This document shows, piece after piece, positions 49,601 through 61,485 of a stretch of 64,000 nt of DNA. The DNA comes from Antedon mediterranea (Eukaryota; Animalia; Echinodermata). The stretch covers positions 13,189,432 to 13,253,431 of the forward strand of contig NC_092679.1 in assembly GCF_964355755.1 (NCBI RefSeq). Reading direction: 5' to 3'. A model generated the notes under the pieces. That model saw only the letters and a list, made by a program, of their open reading frames with translations. It searched no databases and had not been told where the DNA came from. Each line of letters begins with the position of its first letter. Position 1 is the stretch's first letter. A program made the translations under genes and the position numbers.

Positions 49601-52600
49601 TGTTTATCTATCTTTTATGCTTAAATTGAAAGTGTTCCAATAGGTTGTTTTTAATAACAAATTTTACATAATAATAGAAATATTGTTAATGAACGAAAGT
49701 GCGAAGTTCCATTGAAATAAAACAATTAGAATACCCATTTTCTAAGGCTAAACTTAAACGCCCTGTTTTTTTGTATTTTTTTTGTATTTGTCATTTCCTG
49801 TTATTTAACTTTAAAAGAATTTTTCTCAAAACACTGATTGTAACAGCCAAAACGTTAGACTATGATATCTCTGGAAGTAAACATGGCATCAAGATATTTT
49901 TTTCTGTATTTTATATCTTAGATTAGGCCTATGTAGTTTTAGTATTTGTTAAAATCTCAATTTTGAAAATTCCAACTTATGTCTGATTCGATTTTCCTTA
50001 AATGTGCCACGTTTGCTGTTTTACCAGCATTGAAGTTAATATAATGTGTATTGTTTATTTACAAATTGTTTCTTCTATTTTCTAAGGTATTTGAACAATA
50101 ACCGAATAAGCATATTATCAGCAAATGCGTTTGCTGGTCTGACAGCATTGAAGTTACTGTATGTGTATTCTTTTTTTACAAATTATTTCGTTAAAAAATT
50201 TGAAAGAAAGAAAAAAAGCAAAAAATACTTTTTAATGAGTGTTTAACGCATTTATTTTACAGGAATTTAAGATACAATGATATAACTACCATAGAACAAA
50301 ACGCATTTTCTTCCTTTGCTTCATCATTGTCAGCTTTGTAAGTTAAAAACTTTGTAATTCAATTTAAATAAAATATTTGTATTTTTTTTACCATGAAATA
50401 TTAAGGATTTGAATTCCTTTCCACCTTTTTAGTCGCGTGCAACGCGATTCTACAGCTCACTATATCGGTTGGTCGGTCGGTAAACAATTGAGCACGCGAC
50501 TGCAGCCATGTATATGACATATGACCTTGTTATTCTAGAATACAATTTTTCTCCCGTATTCGTTAGTCCGATACCCTTCATTCATCAGTGGAAAATTATA
50601 CTTGTCATGTCATACTATGTCATAGCATATAAAATATACATTATTTATTATATGTTTGCTCTGATATATACAAAAACAGAAAAAAAAAACAATTACAAAG
50701 TGTCACATAATTCTCGTGCGGTATCCGTATTCAGTGCCCGAATGTGCAGCTGGATAAAAGATGTTACGAAACCTATTTGTACGAGAGATGATGGACCGGT
50801 AATGTCTACCACGTAACACCTCTAATACATTATGCATGGGATGAGTAGAATTTTGTAATCTTGCATCAGTCAGATACCATTACACATATCGAACTGCTCA
50901 ATCTTTTTTATCCCAAACGCCATACCAATTATTACATACATTAGATAATCTCCCGTTGCAGTATTTTCAGACATTTTAATGTTCGAGTGGTGTATATAAA
51001 ACAATTTTTTAAGAAAATGCTTTGTAAGCATTCAGTCGTTTGTTCGCTGGCGCCAAGCACAACCAACTCCCCTCCCAATCCACCAAACTCACTCAATCCC
51101 CCATTACCTAATTTATTAATTTCATTATTTTGTTAACGATAACGTTAACTCAATTTAAAACTACATTATTATTTTGTAGATGGTTGATAGAAAACAACTT
51201 ACAAGTATACAATAAAAAAACTTTTGAAGAACTGACAAACTTAACAGAAATGTAAGTAGGGTGAACAAACATATACTATAGAATCGTACCGCGGTCTATG
51301 TACGTAGTCAGGTCATTCACCGCGAGTTATATGTTGTTATTAGGCCTACATGATTAATTTAAAATTTGTAAATGATCAATTTAGGCTAAGTAGGTAACCT
51401 GGAAGATCATTATTTTTTTTTTTTTTTTTTTACACCATATTTAATGAGGGTGATCCATCCAGCAATTGCTGATCATTAGGATTCACAAGACAAACATATA
51501 CACAAGATGCTCTACATAAAAAAGTCTTATTACAAGTCTTTAGGAGTGGAGTAATTTTGTCCTTAGAAAAAATCCTGACATGTGACAGGGCTTGAACCCA
51601 GGAGTAGTAGCAAAGCATCATAACCATCGTAACTGAAAACCCATAGACTAAATTTCCAGATTCCATGCTATAATGAGTTCATTGACTTTCCTTGTACTAA
51701 CTTGCTTGATAGTAAATTCCAGTCGTCTCTTTTTCTATCCGTGCTTTCAATAACAAATACTGTTGAATCACCTTGTAGTTTATTTTGTATAGTCATGATC
51801 ATTATTAAATTATATTTACATTTTATCTATTCTCATAGGGACTCGGATTTTACATGCTTATGTGCCATTGTAGTCGACCTTGATTATTGCATTCCCGGCG
51901 TAGATCCCTTTGCTACATGTGAAGACTTATTAGGCAGTGACTACATACGGGTATTAATGTGGATAATTGGAATTTCAGCTGTTGGTGGCAATTTAGTCGC
52001 TATCATATCACGGCAGTGTAAAAAGGATAACAACACAAGTAATGATAACGAAATTAATAAAGTGCAAACCACACTCATCACCAACCTTGCCGTGTCTGAC
52101 CTGTTAATGGCAGTCTATTTGATTATCATTTTAAGTGTAGATATGCATTACAGAGGGCGATATGCAAAATTTGAATTGAATTGGAAGAATAGTCCTCTTT
52201 GCGGTTTTGCTGGTGCAATTGCCACTCTCTCTGGTCAGTCTTCAGTTTTTACATTAATGCTTTTAAGCATCGACCGTGCTATAAACATCGCTTATCCATT
52301 TAGTACCAAACATCTTAGTTGCAAAAATTGTAGAATTATTATCGGAATTGCATGGGTGTGTTGGATTGTGCTCAGTTTTCTCCCACTAGTAGCAAACGTC
52401 ATAAAACACAACTTTTATTACTACGACGAGGCGTTGTATTATTTCGGGGCTAATTATTATGGAGTAAAGAGTGTGTGCCTTGCACTGCCGTTATCAAAAA
52501 GTCATTGGCGAGGCTGGGAGTATGCTTTTGCTATCTACATCGGATTCAACAGTTTAGGTTTTATCATAATCGCTGTGAGTTATGTAATCATTTTTGTGTC

Positions 52601-52958
52601 TATCAAGCGTTCATCAGCAGCTGCTAACAGAAAACGAAGAAGAAAAAAAGATATCAAACTAGCAGTGAAAGTAGGCTTTCTCATTTTCACAGATTTTTGT
52701 TGCTGGTTTCCTATTGTATTGATGGCAATTGGTGCTGAACTGGATTGGTGGGTACCTTCTCTGGAAATATATGTTTTGTCAGCGATGTTCATCATACCAA
52801 TTAACTCCTCGGTCAATCCCTATCTATACACAATTATCGACTGTTGCTTTACTTGTTTAAGCAAAGATAAGAAACCAAACGTTGCCAATACTAATCGAAC
52901 ACGACAGGTGGCTGTTATGCAGCTTCAGGAAATGAGACCTAGAAATACTGACAGATAA
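43628..52958 (+). CDS. Multi-exon leucine-rich-repeat GPCR (type C LGR / relaxin-receptor / GRL101-like), ~670 aa
   Basis: Manually spliced GT-AG exons: 43628-43688, 44722-44908, 45104-45169, 46927-46998, 47199-47270, 48374-48445, 48647-48718, 48913-48984, 50087-50158, 50263-50337, 51180-51251, 51839-52958. Phases are compatible (1, then all phase 2). Total is 2013 nt with one terminal stop. Domain order: signal peptide, LRRNT, 9 LRR, hinge, 7TM. Confidence 0.88.
44722..44908 (+). CDS. LGR exon 2, cysteine-rich LRR N-terminal cap
   Basis: cgtag|...GAGT|gtaagt; reads GVCPTSCNCNFSGFGLSCSAYNSFYCRPTCNGLQPHCVQCTGWNKYIHAQLVEYNNYISVKG. CPxxCxC is the LRRNT signature. The frame differs from the listed ORF. 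Confidence 0.8.
45104..45169 (+). CDS. LGR LRR exon 1 (expected acceptor reads AT; in-frame cryptic AG)
   Basis: (DFS)WTVTLSTLTANAFTGLTEMTQ followed by gtaagt. The expected acceptor at 45093-45094 is AT; tttag| at 45102-45103 keeps phase 2. Confidence 0.6.
46927..46998 (+). CDS. LGR LRR exon A1 (DLSSNGLSTLSENTFTGLTALEVL)
   Basis: 72 bp, aag|...|gtaagt, LxxNxLxxLxxxxFxxLxxL consensus. Confidence 0.9.
47199..47270 (+). CDS. LGR LRR exon B1 (DLGFNQISMLPSNAFIGLTALERL)
   Basis: 72 bp, aag|...|gtaagt, LRR consensus. Confidence 0.9.
48374..48445 (+). CDS. LGR LRR exon C1 (YLNNNRINILSANAFAGLTALKLL)
   Basis: 72 bp, aag|...|gtatgt; visible inside ORF 48333-48545. Confidence 0.9.
48647..48718 (+). 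CDS. LGR LRR exon A2 (copy of A1)
   Basis: 72 bp, reads identical to 46927-46998, splice sites intact. Confidence 0.85.
48913..48984 (+). CDS. LGR LRR exon B2 (copy of B1)
   Basis: 72 bp, reads identical to 47199-47270, splice sites intact. Confidence 0.85.
50087..50158 (+). CDS. LGR LRR exon C2 (YLNNNRISILSANAFAGLTALKLL)
   Basis: 72 bp; differs from C1 by one N>S substitution (AAC>AGC). Confidence 0.85.
50263..50337 (+). CDS. LGR LRR exon (NLRYNDITTIEQNAFSSFASSLSAL)
   Basis: 75 bp, ttacag|...|gtaagt, LRR consensus. Confidence 0.85.
51180..51251 (+). CDS. LGR last LRR exon (WLIENNLQVYNKKTFEELTNLTE)
   Basis: 72 bp, tgtag|...|gtaagt, LRR consensus. Confidence 0.85.
51414..51630 (-). mobile_element. 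tRNA-headed poly(A) SINE in the last LGR intron
   Basis: Poly-T, then a body matching 27490-27660 inverted, then a tRNA-like head (gggcttgaacccagg...catcataacca). Related copies at ~27840-28000, ~34445-34520 and ~53570-53730. Confidence 0.7.
51839..52958 (+). CDS. LGR terminal exon: hinge plus rhodopsin-class 7TM domain
   Basis: catag| acceptor into ORF 51702-52958. Motifs DPFATCEDLL, NLAVSDLLM, W..SPLCGFAG, SIDR, SVCLALP, FTDFCCWFP and PINSSVNPYLYT are typical of type C LGRs (RXFP/GRL101). Confidence 0.95.
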
Positions 52959-55900
52959 AACTTAAACATGTAAAGCTTTTGCCATTTTTTTCTTATAAAA
53001 AGGCGCGTAAATCCTTTAGTAAGCATTAGTTTGCAATATTTTAACACGGCATTTCTGTCTAATATTTGTTTAGGAAAAAAGTAGAATTCATTGTAATCGC
53101 TTTATGTCGTCCTATCGAATAATGCATTTCATAGAAAAAGAGAGAATTACTTTACAATGACGTATATTCTTGTTTTACCTACTTTTTTTAAAATATCATT
53201 TTGTTTCTTTGTAATTTCTTTAATTAACTTAGTTAGACTACAATATATATTGTTTATGTATATTTTTGTCAAATTTGAAGAAAGTTAAACGTTCATGTTA
53301 ATTATTGTTGACTTTTACAACAAACTGTCACTTGAGTGAAATCATTTTAAATGTGTATACTACTACTATCACTATTATAGGAACATTCTGATTGTTTTGT
53401 GGTTGTTGTTTTTTTTTGCTATACGTAATATTACATGGAACTATTACATGGCTATTCAATTCAACGTTGAAGCGGAAAGACAAGACACGAGATCCTCTAC
53501 ATAACCAAAGTCTTATTACAAGACAAGCATATACACGATATTGTCTACATCACCAAAGTCTTATTACAAGACAAGCATATACACGAGATCCTCTACATAA
53601 ACAAAGTCTTATTACAAGTTTTTGGGAGTGGAATTGTTTATTGTCATTAGAAAAACACTGACATGACAGGACTTAAACCCAGGACACTAGGATTGGTAGC
53701 TGAGCATCATAACCACCAAACCACAACTTTACAGTAGTTCCACGACCGACGACACATCGATTGACCTGACCTAGGTTGGTCATCGGTCGTCGGAAATAAA
53801 AAAAAACTCCCTATTGATTAAATATGGATTCATTAAATAAAAGTTTAGTTTAAAACAGTGTGTGTTTTATAAAGCAAATAATAAACATTCTTTTGTATAT
53901 TATTTTTTATATTACTATATATTATTATCATGCTAATGATTTGAAGTATGAAAAACTATTTCGTAATTTGTTTTTTTGTTTGTAATTATATAAGTTTAGG
54001 GAGTTCTATAATTTTATTAAAATTGAAATTAAGTATATTTAAATTGCACATTCTGCTTTAAGGTACAGTAGTTTCATGGTTTCTTGATTATTAAACATTC
54101 TGTAGATTAAAATAAACCGTCAATGTTTTTAGAACTACAGTTTAAACTTTATAATTAGACAGTTTGACCACTAAATCATTATAAAAAATATTTAAAAATG
54201 TACATTATTATAATTAATATTTTTTTTTATCTTTCCATACATTTGTTCCATATCTGGTTACATATAGTTTTCTCTAAAAACATTTTCATTTCAGTACACT
54301 TTGCATATTATTCTATTAACAATGTTTGTTTTTATCATCTGCTTACATTTAATTTTTTTTTAAAGTTGTATTCATTTCATTACATATTATCACATTTTCC
54401 ATTTTTTTTTGTTTTTATCTTTTTATATATAATTTCTACTAGTACTGCTTTTCTCTTTTTATACATATAGGCCTAATCTCTTTAACACATTTCAATTAAC
54501 ACTTTTTTTTATTCACATAGTTGTTTTTTGTTTTTTTTTATCTACATGCGCATTCGTGTATAAAATTATTATTATAATTGTTTTTCTCTCTCTTTTGTGA
54601 GGTTCACTCACCTTTATTTCATTTCAAAACATAAATAAACAATTTTATTATGTTTGTATATTATCTTTTTAAATATATACTATTTTCATTCATAGACATA
54701 AAGTTTCCCCTTACATCTTAAAAAAACTCTGCAAGGTATCATTTATACATTTACATTACATATAAACTGAAAACAGTATCAATAAATATGGAAAATCAAA
54801 AGCAACTCAATAACCAGTTGCTTGTAGAGTATAGCATTTTCCATGCTCTTTTTTTTTACTCTTCTTTTTATTGTTTTTCCCTTTTTTTTCCCTTTTTTTT
54901 CTGTTTTATTTGCACTATTTACATTTTTGTACAAATTACTTTATTTACAGTAACCTTCAAAATAAAAAATTAATAAAATACATTCATGGTATACTCTTGT
55001 GTAAGTATATTTTTCTAAACATTATCCATGAGTTTTTACAGACTGACTTATTTAATTCTGACAATATTTTTATTTTATATATAGAATATAGAGCAAGTGA
55101 GCATAACTTATTTTTTATGTTGCATTCAGACCCAAAAACAAGTTCTTCAAAAGAACAGTTACTATTATCTAACTTTTTAAATATTATTATAAATTATTAT
55201 TATTATAATTAATGTTATTTATATGAAGAATGTGTAGATTATAAATAACTTATTTAATAGAAAAGGATAGATAAAGTGTACTTTATAGGCCTACATCAAT
55301 GTGTTTGCCAATGCATCAGGCCTACATTGTTCGTGTTTTTTTTGGTCATATGATAAAACTTACTATCGGTTCTTAGTTTATATTATACAAATTGCTGAAA
55401 AAGCAATTGCTAAGTATATTGATTTGTTTTATACTTTTAAGTAACCTTCATTTTAAAAGATAATTAAGATATCGTAGTTCTTCGTTTTAAAATGTTATAG
55501 AATTGGTTCGTATTAATTATGATTTTAATTATAACTACTGTGTCATAATGCGCAATTTAACTATTAAAATAAATTAGAATTAGTTAAAATTGTGTGATGT
55601 TGTTTGTATTATTTGAGTTTGTTATAGGCTTACTTTACTGACAATGATGCGAGTAAACCGGATCACTATCAAATGTAGGTTACAGCGAGCGAGATGGTTC
55701 GATAGTGCGAAGGTGGTTACATAGCTTTACAGCTCAACAAAGATGATCACCACTTGTCTATAACATAAACAATGGTGGTATACAGTTTGACTGTTTTGCC
55801 TTCTTAACGCCTATACTTCATCAGACGTGTAGTTCAAAAACTAACACTACAATTGATCTATATAGATACGGTAGTTCTTGGTACAAGTTAAATTTTCCGA

Positions 55901-56313
55901 TTTTTTTTACATTCATTCATTCATTCTTCTCTCGTTATTCTTGTCGTTGCCCATTTCTCATTTCCGATCGATATATTTAATAAACATGTACATGTAATAA
56001 AAAATTGCAATGGGCTAAATATGTATAAAGCATAATACAGTAGGCCTACATTATTCATGCAATTCGGTCAACGAAAATCCCACAACAAAGTGCAGTATAT
56101 CTATTTAAGCGCTAATTGATTATAATATATCGACGTACCAGTTTCAAAAACAATCTGGAAGATAGTATTTATTTCGCGAATGTGTCTCCACTGACAATTC
56201 CACCTTCACCAAATTGTATTCAATGTGAAGTTTCTCAACGTGTGGTATTATTCTTATAGCTAAATCGCCTCATTTCATTGTTACTTACTTAAAAGGGAAG
56301 TTATTCTACTTTT

Positions 56314-57160
56314 AACAAGGCCAATAGCCATTAAGTCGCGTGCTACAATGCATAGTGATACCGGACCGACAGACCGACAGACAGACAGACCGACAGACCG
56401 ACAGACAGACAGACCGACCGACCAACCTACCAACTGACCGAAATTACTTAACATGTTTAAAAATGTTGAAATGTTTAAAAACATTTATATTTTTTTAATT
56501 TACACGTGCGTAGCCTGTCATTTTTGACGTGCTCGTATAACGTAATTTCGAGTTGAAAAGTAAGTCAAGAAAACAGAAATCGGGCAAAAAGAGTGCGTAA
56601 CAACATTTAACGCGCAGTGCGCGCGCAAAAATCTGCGCACTCATAGCAATTTTGTAAACGCTTAAAAATGCCTAAAACGTACTCTTATTTCATCGAAAAT
56701 AAATTTTGAAAATTTTAAGCGCGCGTACGCATGCGTTACATGCGCTACGCCCGTAATTGTATTGCCATATGATGATTTATGCCCTGAAATTTATGAGTAC
56801 CAAATTTTATTTAATTGTGATTCATGGTTGTGAAGATATGATTACAAACGTGATTTCGTTAAGTCGTGCGTAGACCGCGTAATTTTTTATTGCGCACCGT
56901 GAAAACATAACCACATCGATTCCTGGCCATAAGGAATATACTGTGAAAAATTGACTTAGCTAGATTAAACTGATATCAAGATAAGGTCAGAAAGCGATAA
57001 AACGCATAGTGATACCGGACCGACAGACAGACCGACAGACAGACCGACAGACAGACCGACAGACAGACCGACAGACAGACCGACAGACAGACCGACCGAC
57101 CGACAGACAGACAGACCGACAGACCGACATAGTGAACTATAGAGTCGCGTCCACGCAACT
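56314..57160. mobile_element. Helentron-associated (HINE/DINE-1-like) element
   Basis: aacaag start, (GACA/GACC)n microsatellites, subterminal agtcgcgt...acgcaact inverted motif, absent at the paralogous site ~2262. A short inverted relative lies at ~50431-50531. Confidence 0.75.
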
Positions 57161-58694
57161 AATAATATAATTAGGCCTACCCTTTTACAAAACAAGTTAG
57201 CTTCTATACACGGAAATCTTTAGTAAAGGGTGAAATATTTACTTGCGTAATGCAGAGAAATCAGAGTAAAGAGAAACATCTAGTTAGGCCAACTGACCTG
57301 AATTGACAAACTGACCATATTGAGTATGGATTGTATATATGCATTATAGTTTTATACTCTACTAACAAGGCTCAAACTAAATCATCCTTAACAAATTACA
57401 TAATATATCAAAATGAACCTAAAATGGAAAAATACCATGCATCAAGTCTAAAATTCAAAGCTCGTTCTAACTCATTACCACTCGAAGGATAGTAAGAAAG
57501 GAAGCTTGGTCACCACAAAATTTAGGATCATGTTTGTAATTGTGATGAAAAAGAAACAATTTATCACTTTGTATTCAATTGTACTAGATTAATTAATATT
57601 AGAAACTCAATATTTACACAACTTAAAGAAGATCTATTCGACAATGATTTGCATAAAATATGGGACTAAAAAGATAAGAAATATGTAAATCTGCAGGTAT
57701 ATATGCTCTATCAGATTACATGTAAGTGAAGAAACTATGTTAATGAGATACAATTTTTGTTTGTGCTACTATCTTGTATGGTTTGTGTAAATATGTTTTA
57801 TTACTAGATGATTTGAAGGAAAAAAAAAGAAAAGACAAAAAAAGCAAGAAGTTTTTTTTTTCATAGATTGATGATAAAAAAACAATTATGAAGGATAAGA
57901 AAATTGGCAGTTTTTATTAACTATTATCACAAAAAGCATTTGATAAAGGAAAATTATATTACAGTAGCTACATTATTTATATAAAACAAAATGTTAAGAA
58001 AGTATGTGACTATAAATACCATGGACTCTAATATATAGGTCCATACATTCCAAATTTGAGGTTTCTGTGTCTGTTGTGTTTTGTAGAGTTGTGTATAAAT
58101 CCAAATGTAGAAAAAGCCGATGCTGTGAGTATCAAAGTACTAATTGAGGATAATTGCAAAATGATGAAGTAAAACATCCAGACAAACTTGCATTTTATAT
58201 GTGTGTGTTTTTTTATGTAAGATGTTTAAGTATAAGTAGTGAATTGTGTTTTTATCAAAGAATTTAAGTATATATATATGTAATACTTATTCTTCATTGC
58301 ATGTGAAATTGAAAAATTGAAAATGATAAAATTATTTTTTTTTAAATGTCTATTTTTATAAATAGAGTAATAAACATAAATTTGGTTAAATGATAATATA
58401 TGTATAAACAAAAGTAAGAGAGAATATGCATTGTTAAACGAAAATATGCTTGACTAAAACAAATGCAATTCTATGTAGTTAGACCATGAGTGTAAATCTA
58501 GAACAAAAAAAAAAGAAAAACAAAATGCTAAGATTGATTTAAAAAAACAATAGATATACAAATTTAGCATAGATGGGTTTAGTAAACATAAATTGTATTA
58601 TAATTGTATGAAGAAATAAATATGATTGTAGATGAAAAAAAAACAAAAACGACTATGTAAGAAAAAAATAAGTTTGTTAAAAAAATGTGCTATA

Positions 58695-59068
58695 TAGTAT
58701 CCCTAAATTAGCCATATATTGACCAAATCTGTGAAAAAAAAGAAAAAAAAAGAAGCAAATTTCAACTGATTTGGGTAGGTATGGGTATGGACAACTACCA
58801 AAAAAAGAAGGGAAGATAGGGGCTGGGAACAATTTTTTATCGGAGGTCAAAGTTCATTGACCGTTGCCTAATAGCTATAATTCTTGTATGAATCATATTT
58901 CGTCACCAGAATATGGTATCTAAGTAAAATTGGTGTCAAAATGTGCAGAATTAAAAAAGGAATAACACTTAAAATAGAAGTAGTTGTCCATACCCATACC
59001 TACCAAAATCAGTTGAAATTTGCTTCTTTTAAATTTTTTCACAGATAAACCTTTAGTTAGGGATACTA
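58695..59068. mobile_element. MITE with ~100-bp imperfect TIRs
   Basis: tagtatccctaa / ttagggatacta ends plus inner inverted aagcaaatttcaactgattt..gtaggtatgggtatggacaactac; absent at the paralogous site ~10893. Confidence 0.7.
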
Positions 59069-59931
59069 ATAGATAATGTAATGTATGTATAAAAAGAGAA
59101 AATGTGATAAGATGTAAACAAATTAACAAAAATGTATGTAAACAGATGATGAAAACAAACACTGTTAATATAATAATATTGAAATGAAAATGTGTTTAGT
59201 AAAGTATGGAAATAAAAATGGGATGAACCCACATAAGATAAAAAAAGAAATATGGGACTTATTCACATCAAGCTCACCTGAACTTAAATATCACCTTTTT
59301 TTTGACGACCTAGAAATTCATGAAGAATATCAAATCCAATTTATAACCAATGTTAACTATGTATTAGCAAGTAACATCTTTGACAAATATTGTAAATTAT
59401 TTGTAACAACTGCATGGAAAGAACGCAACGAAATTTATAATATCCTTCCATTACACAATCTTTTACTTTTCGCTCAAATGTATTGAATGTATTTTTATAC
59501 CCTAATGTTTATATACTTTTTAATGTAATAATATTTTATAAATGTTTGTATTTGATTGTGTCCATATTTATTTTATTTTGTTGCACATCTCTTGAGAATT
59601 GTGCCTCTGTTATAAAAGAGAAACAATAAAGTTATTGTTGAAAGAATTTCATCTGGTTGTGGAATATGTATTAAATACAATTTCTTTTAGAACAACCAAA
59701 AAATAATATAAGCGAACTTACAGTACGTTTCGAAAGCTATCATGTTTCATTCTCAACTGGCGTTTTATCGTCTAGCGTTGTTAATCCTATGACGACGATG
59801 AGTTGGTATAGCGCCACCAATAGGTCCAAAAGGACGTGCCCCCACCTCCCCCCCCCCCTTCTCCTTCTTCAATAGTTGATCATATATGTGTGACAATTCG
59901 TGGGCTCCTTCATTTCTGTTTATGATTTGTC

Positions 59932-61485
59932 CACACAGCAAAATTTGAAATTCTAAGCAAGAAAAAAAAATCTTGTTTTAAGAAAAATTTCTTAAAATAA
60001 GTATTTTTTTTCTTGTCAAGATTTAAAATTACTTAAAACAAGAAATAATTTTCTAGAAAAGACACATTTTCTTAAATTAAGTTTTGCAATATTCTTGAAA
60101 ATGCTTATTACAAGAAATATTTTACTTAAAATAAGAAGTCAATATCATTCTCTTCTTATTAAGAATAGTTTTGCTTAAAACAAGATTTGAAAATACTTAA
60201 TTTGAAAAGTATTTTACTTAAAATAAGAAATCTATATTATTTTTATCCCTATCAAGAATAATTTTTCTTAAATCAAGATTGATGAATTATAAAAATTACT
60301 TAAAACAATCAATATTTTTCTAGGTAAGACAAAGTTTCTTAAATTAGGTTTCGCAATAGTCTTGAAAATACTTGTTTTGAGAAATATTTTACTTAAAATA
60401 AGAAGTCAATTTCACACTACCCTTATCAAGATTATTTTTACTTGAATCAAGATTCGCAATATTCTTGAAAATGCTTATTACAAGAAATATTTTACTTAAA
60501 ATAAGAAGTCAATATCATTCTCTTCTTATTAAGAATAGTTTTGCTTAAAACAAGATTTGAAAATACTTAATTTGAAAAGTATTTTACTTAAAATAAGAAA
60601 TCAATATTATATTTATCCCTATCAAGAATAATTTTTCTTAAATCAAGATTGATGAATTCTAAAAATTACTTAAAACAATAAATATTTTTCTAGGTAAGAC
60701 AAAGTTTCTTAAATTAGGTTTCGCAATATTCTTAAAAATACTTATTTTGAGAAATGTTTTACTTAAAATAAGAAGTCAATATCATACTATCTTATCAAGA
60801 CTATTTTTGCTTAAATTGAGATTCGCAATATTTTTAAAAATACTTATTTTGAGAAATGTTTTACCTAAAATAAGAAGTCAATATCATACTATCTTATCAA
60901 GACTATTTTTACTTGAATCAAGATTCGCAATATTCTTAAAAATACTTATTTCGAGAAATGTTTTACTTAAAATAAGAAGTCAATATCATACTATCTTATC
61001 AAGACTATTTTTGCTTAAATTGAGATTCGCAATATTTTAAAAAATACTTATTTTGAAAAATGTTTTACTTAAAATAAGAAGTCAATATCATACTATCCTA
61101 TCAAGACTATTTTTGCTTGAATTCAGATTCGCAATATTCTGATTTTGAGAAATGTTTTACTTAAAATAAGAAGTCAATATCATACTATCTTATCAAGACT
61201 ATTTTTACTTGAATCAAGATTCGCAATATTCTTTAAAATACTTATTTTGAGAAATGTTTTACTTAAAATAAGAAGTCAATATCATACTATCTTATCAAGA
61301 CTATTTTTGCTTAAATTGAGATTCGCAATATTTTAAAAAATACTTATTTTGAGAAATGTTTTACTTAAGATAAGAAGTCAATATCATACTATATCCTATC
61401 AAGACTATTTTTGCTTGAATTGAAGTCAATTCTATTTTAATATTCTGAAAAATACTTATTTTGAGAAATGTTTTACTTAAAATAG
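59932..61485. repeat. AT-rich ~102-bp tandem array, probably the subterminal repeats of a CACTA/EnSpm-like element
   Basis: Begins CACACAGCAAAA; units gagaaatgttttacttaaaataagaagtcaatatcatact recur about every 102 bp, with a ~360-bp higher-order duplication (60083/60443). The other end is not in the window. Confidence 0.7.

Larger units (their letters stand above)
46801..50236 (+). repeat. Intragenic tandem duplication, 2 x ~1.72 kb, each carrying three LRR exons
   Basis: aattatttgtatttttgtaaagtagatc starts at both 46801 and 48521; introns and exons are nearly identical between the copies. Confidence 0.95.
53257..59610 (+). repeat. Segmental duplication unit, paralogous to 1-3853 + 10303-11430 and to 27440-34372
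   Basis: ggattcattaaataaaagtttagttt at 1, 28093 and 53826, followed by kilobases of collinear similarity interrupted by copy-specific insertions. Confidence 0.93.

Noticed and set aside
51702-51838. N-terminal 46 aa of the 418-aa ORF as the real protein start
   Set aside because: Non-ATG start and intron-like composition; a good acceptor at 51837-51838 joins the LRR exons in frame.
54198-55212. Hydrophobic F/I/L/Y-rich ORFs (also 541-735 and 45986-46417)
   Set aside because: These are compositional artefacts of T-rich DNA; the 541 and 54198 ORFs are not frame-conserved between paralogous units.
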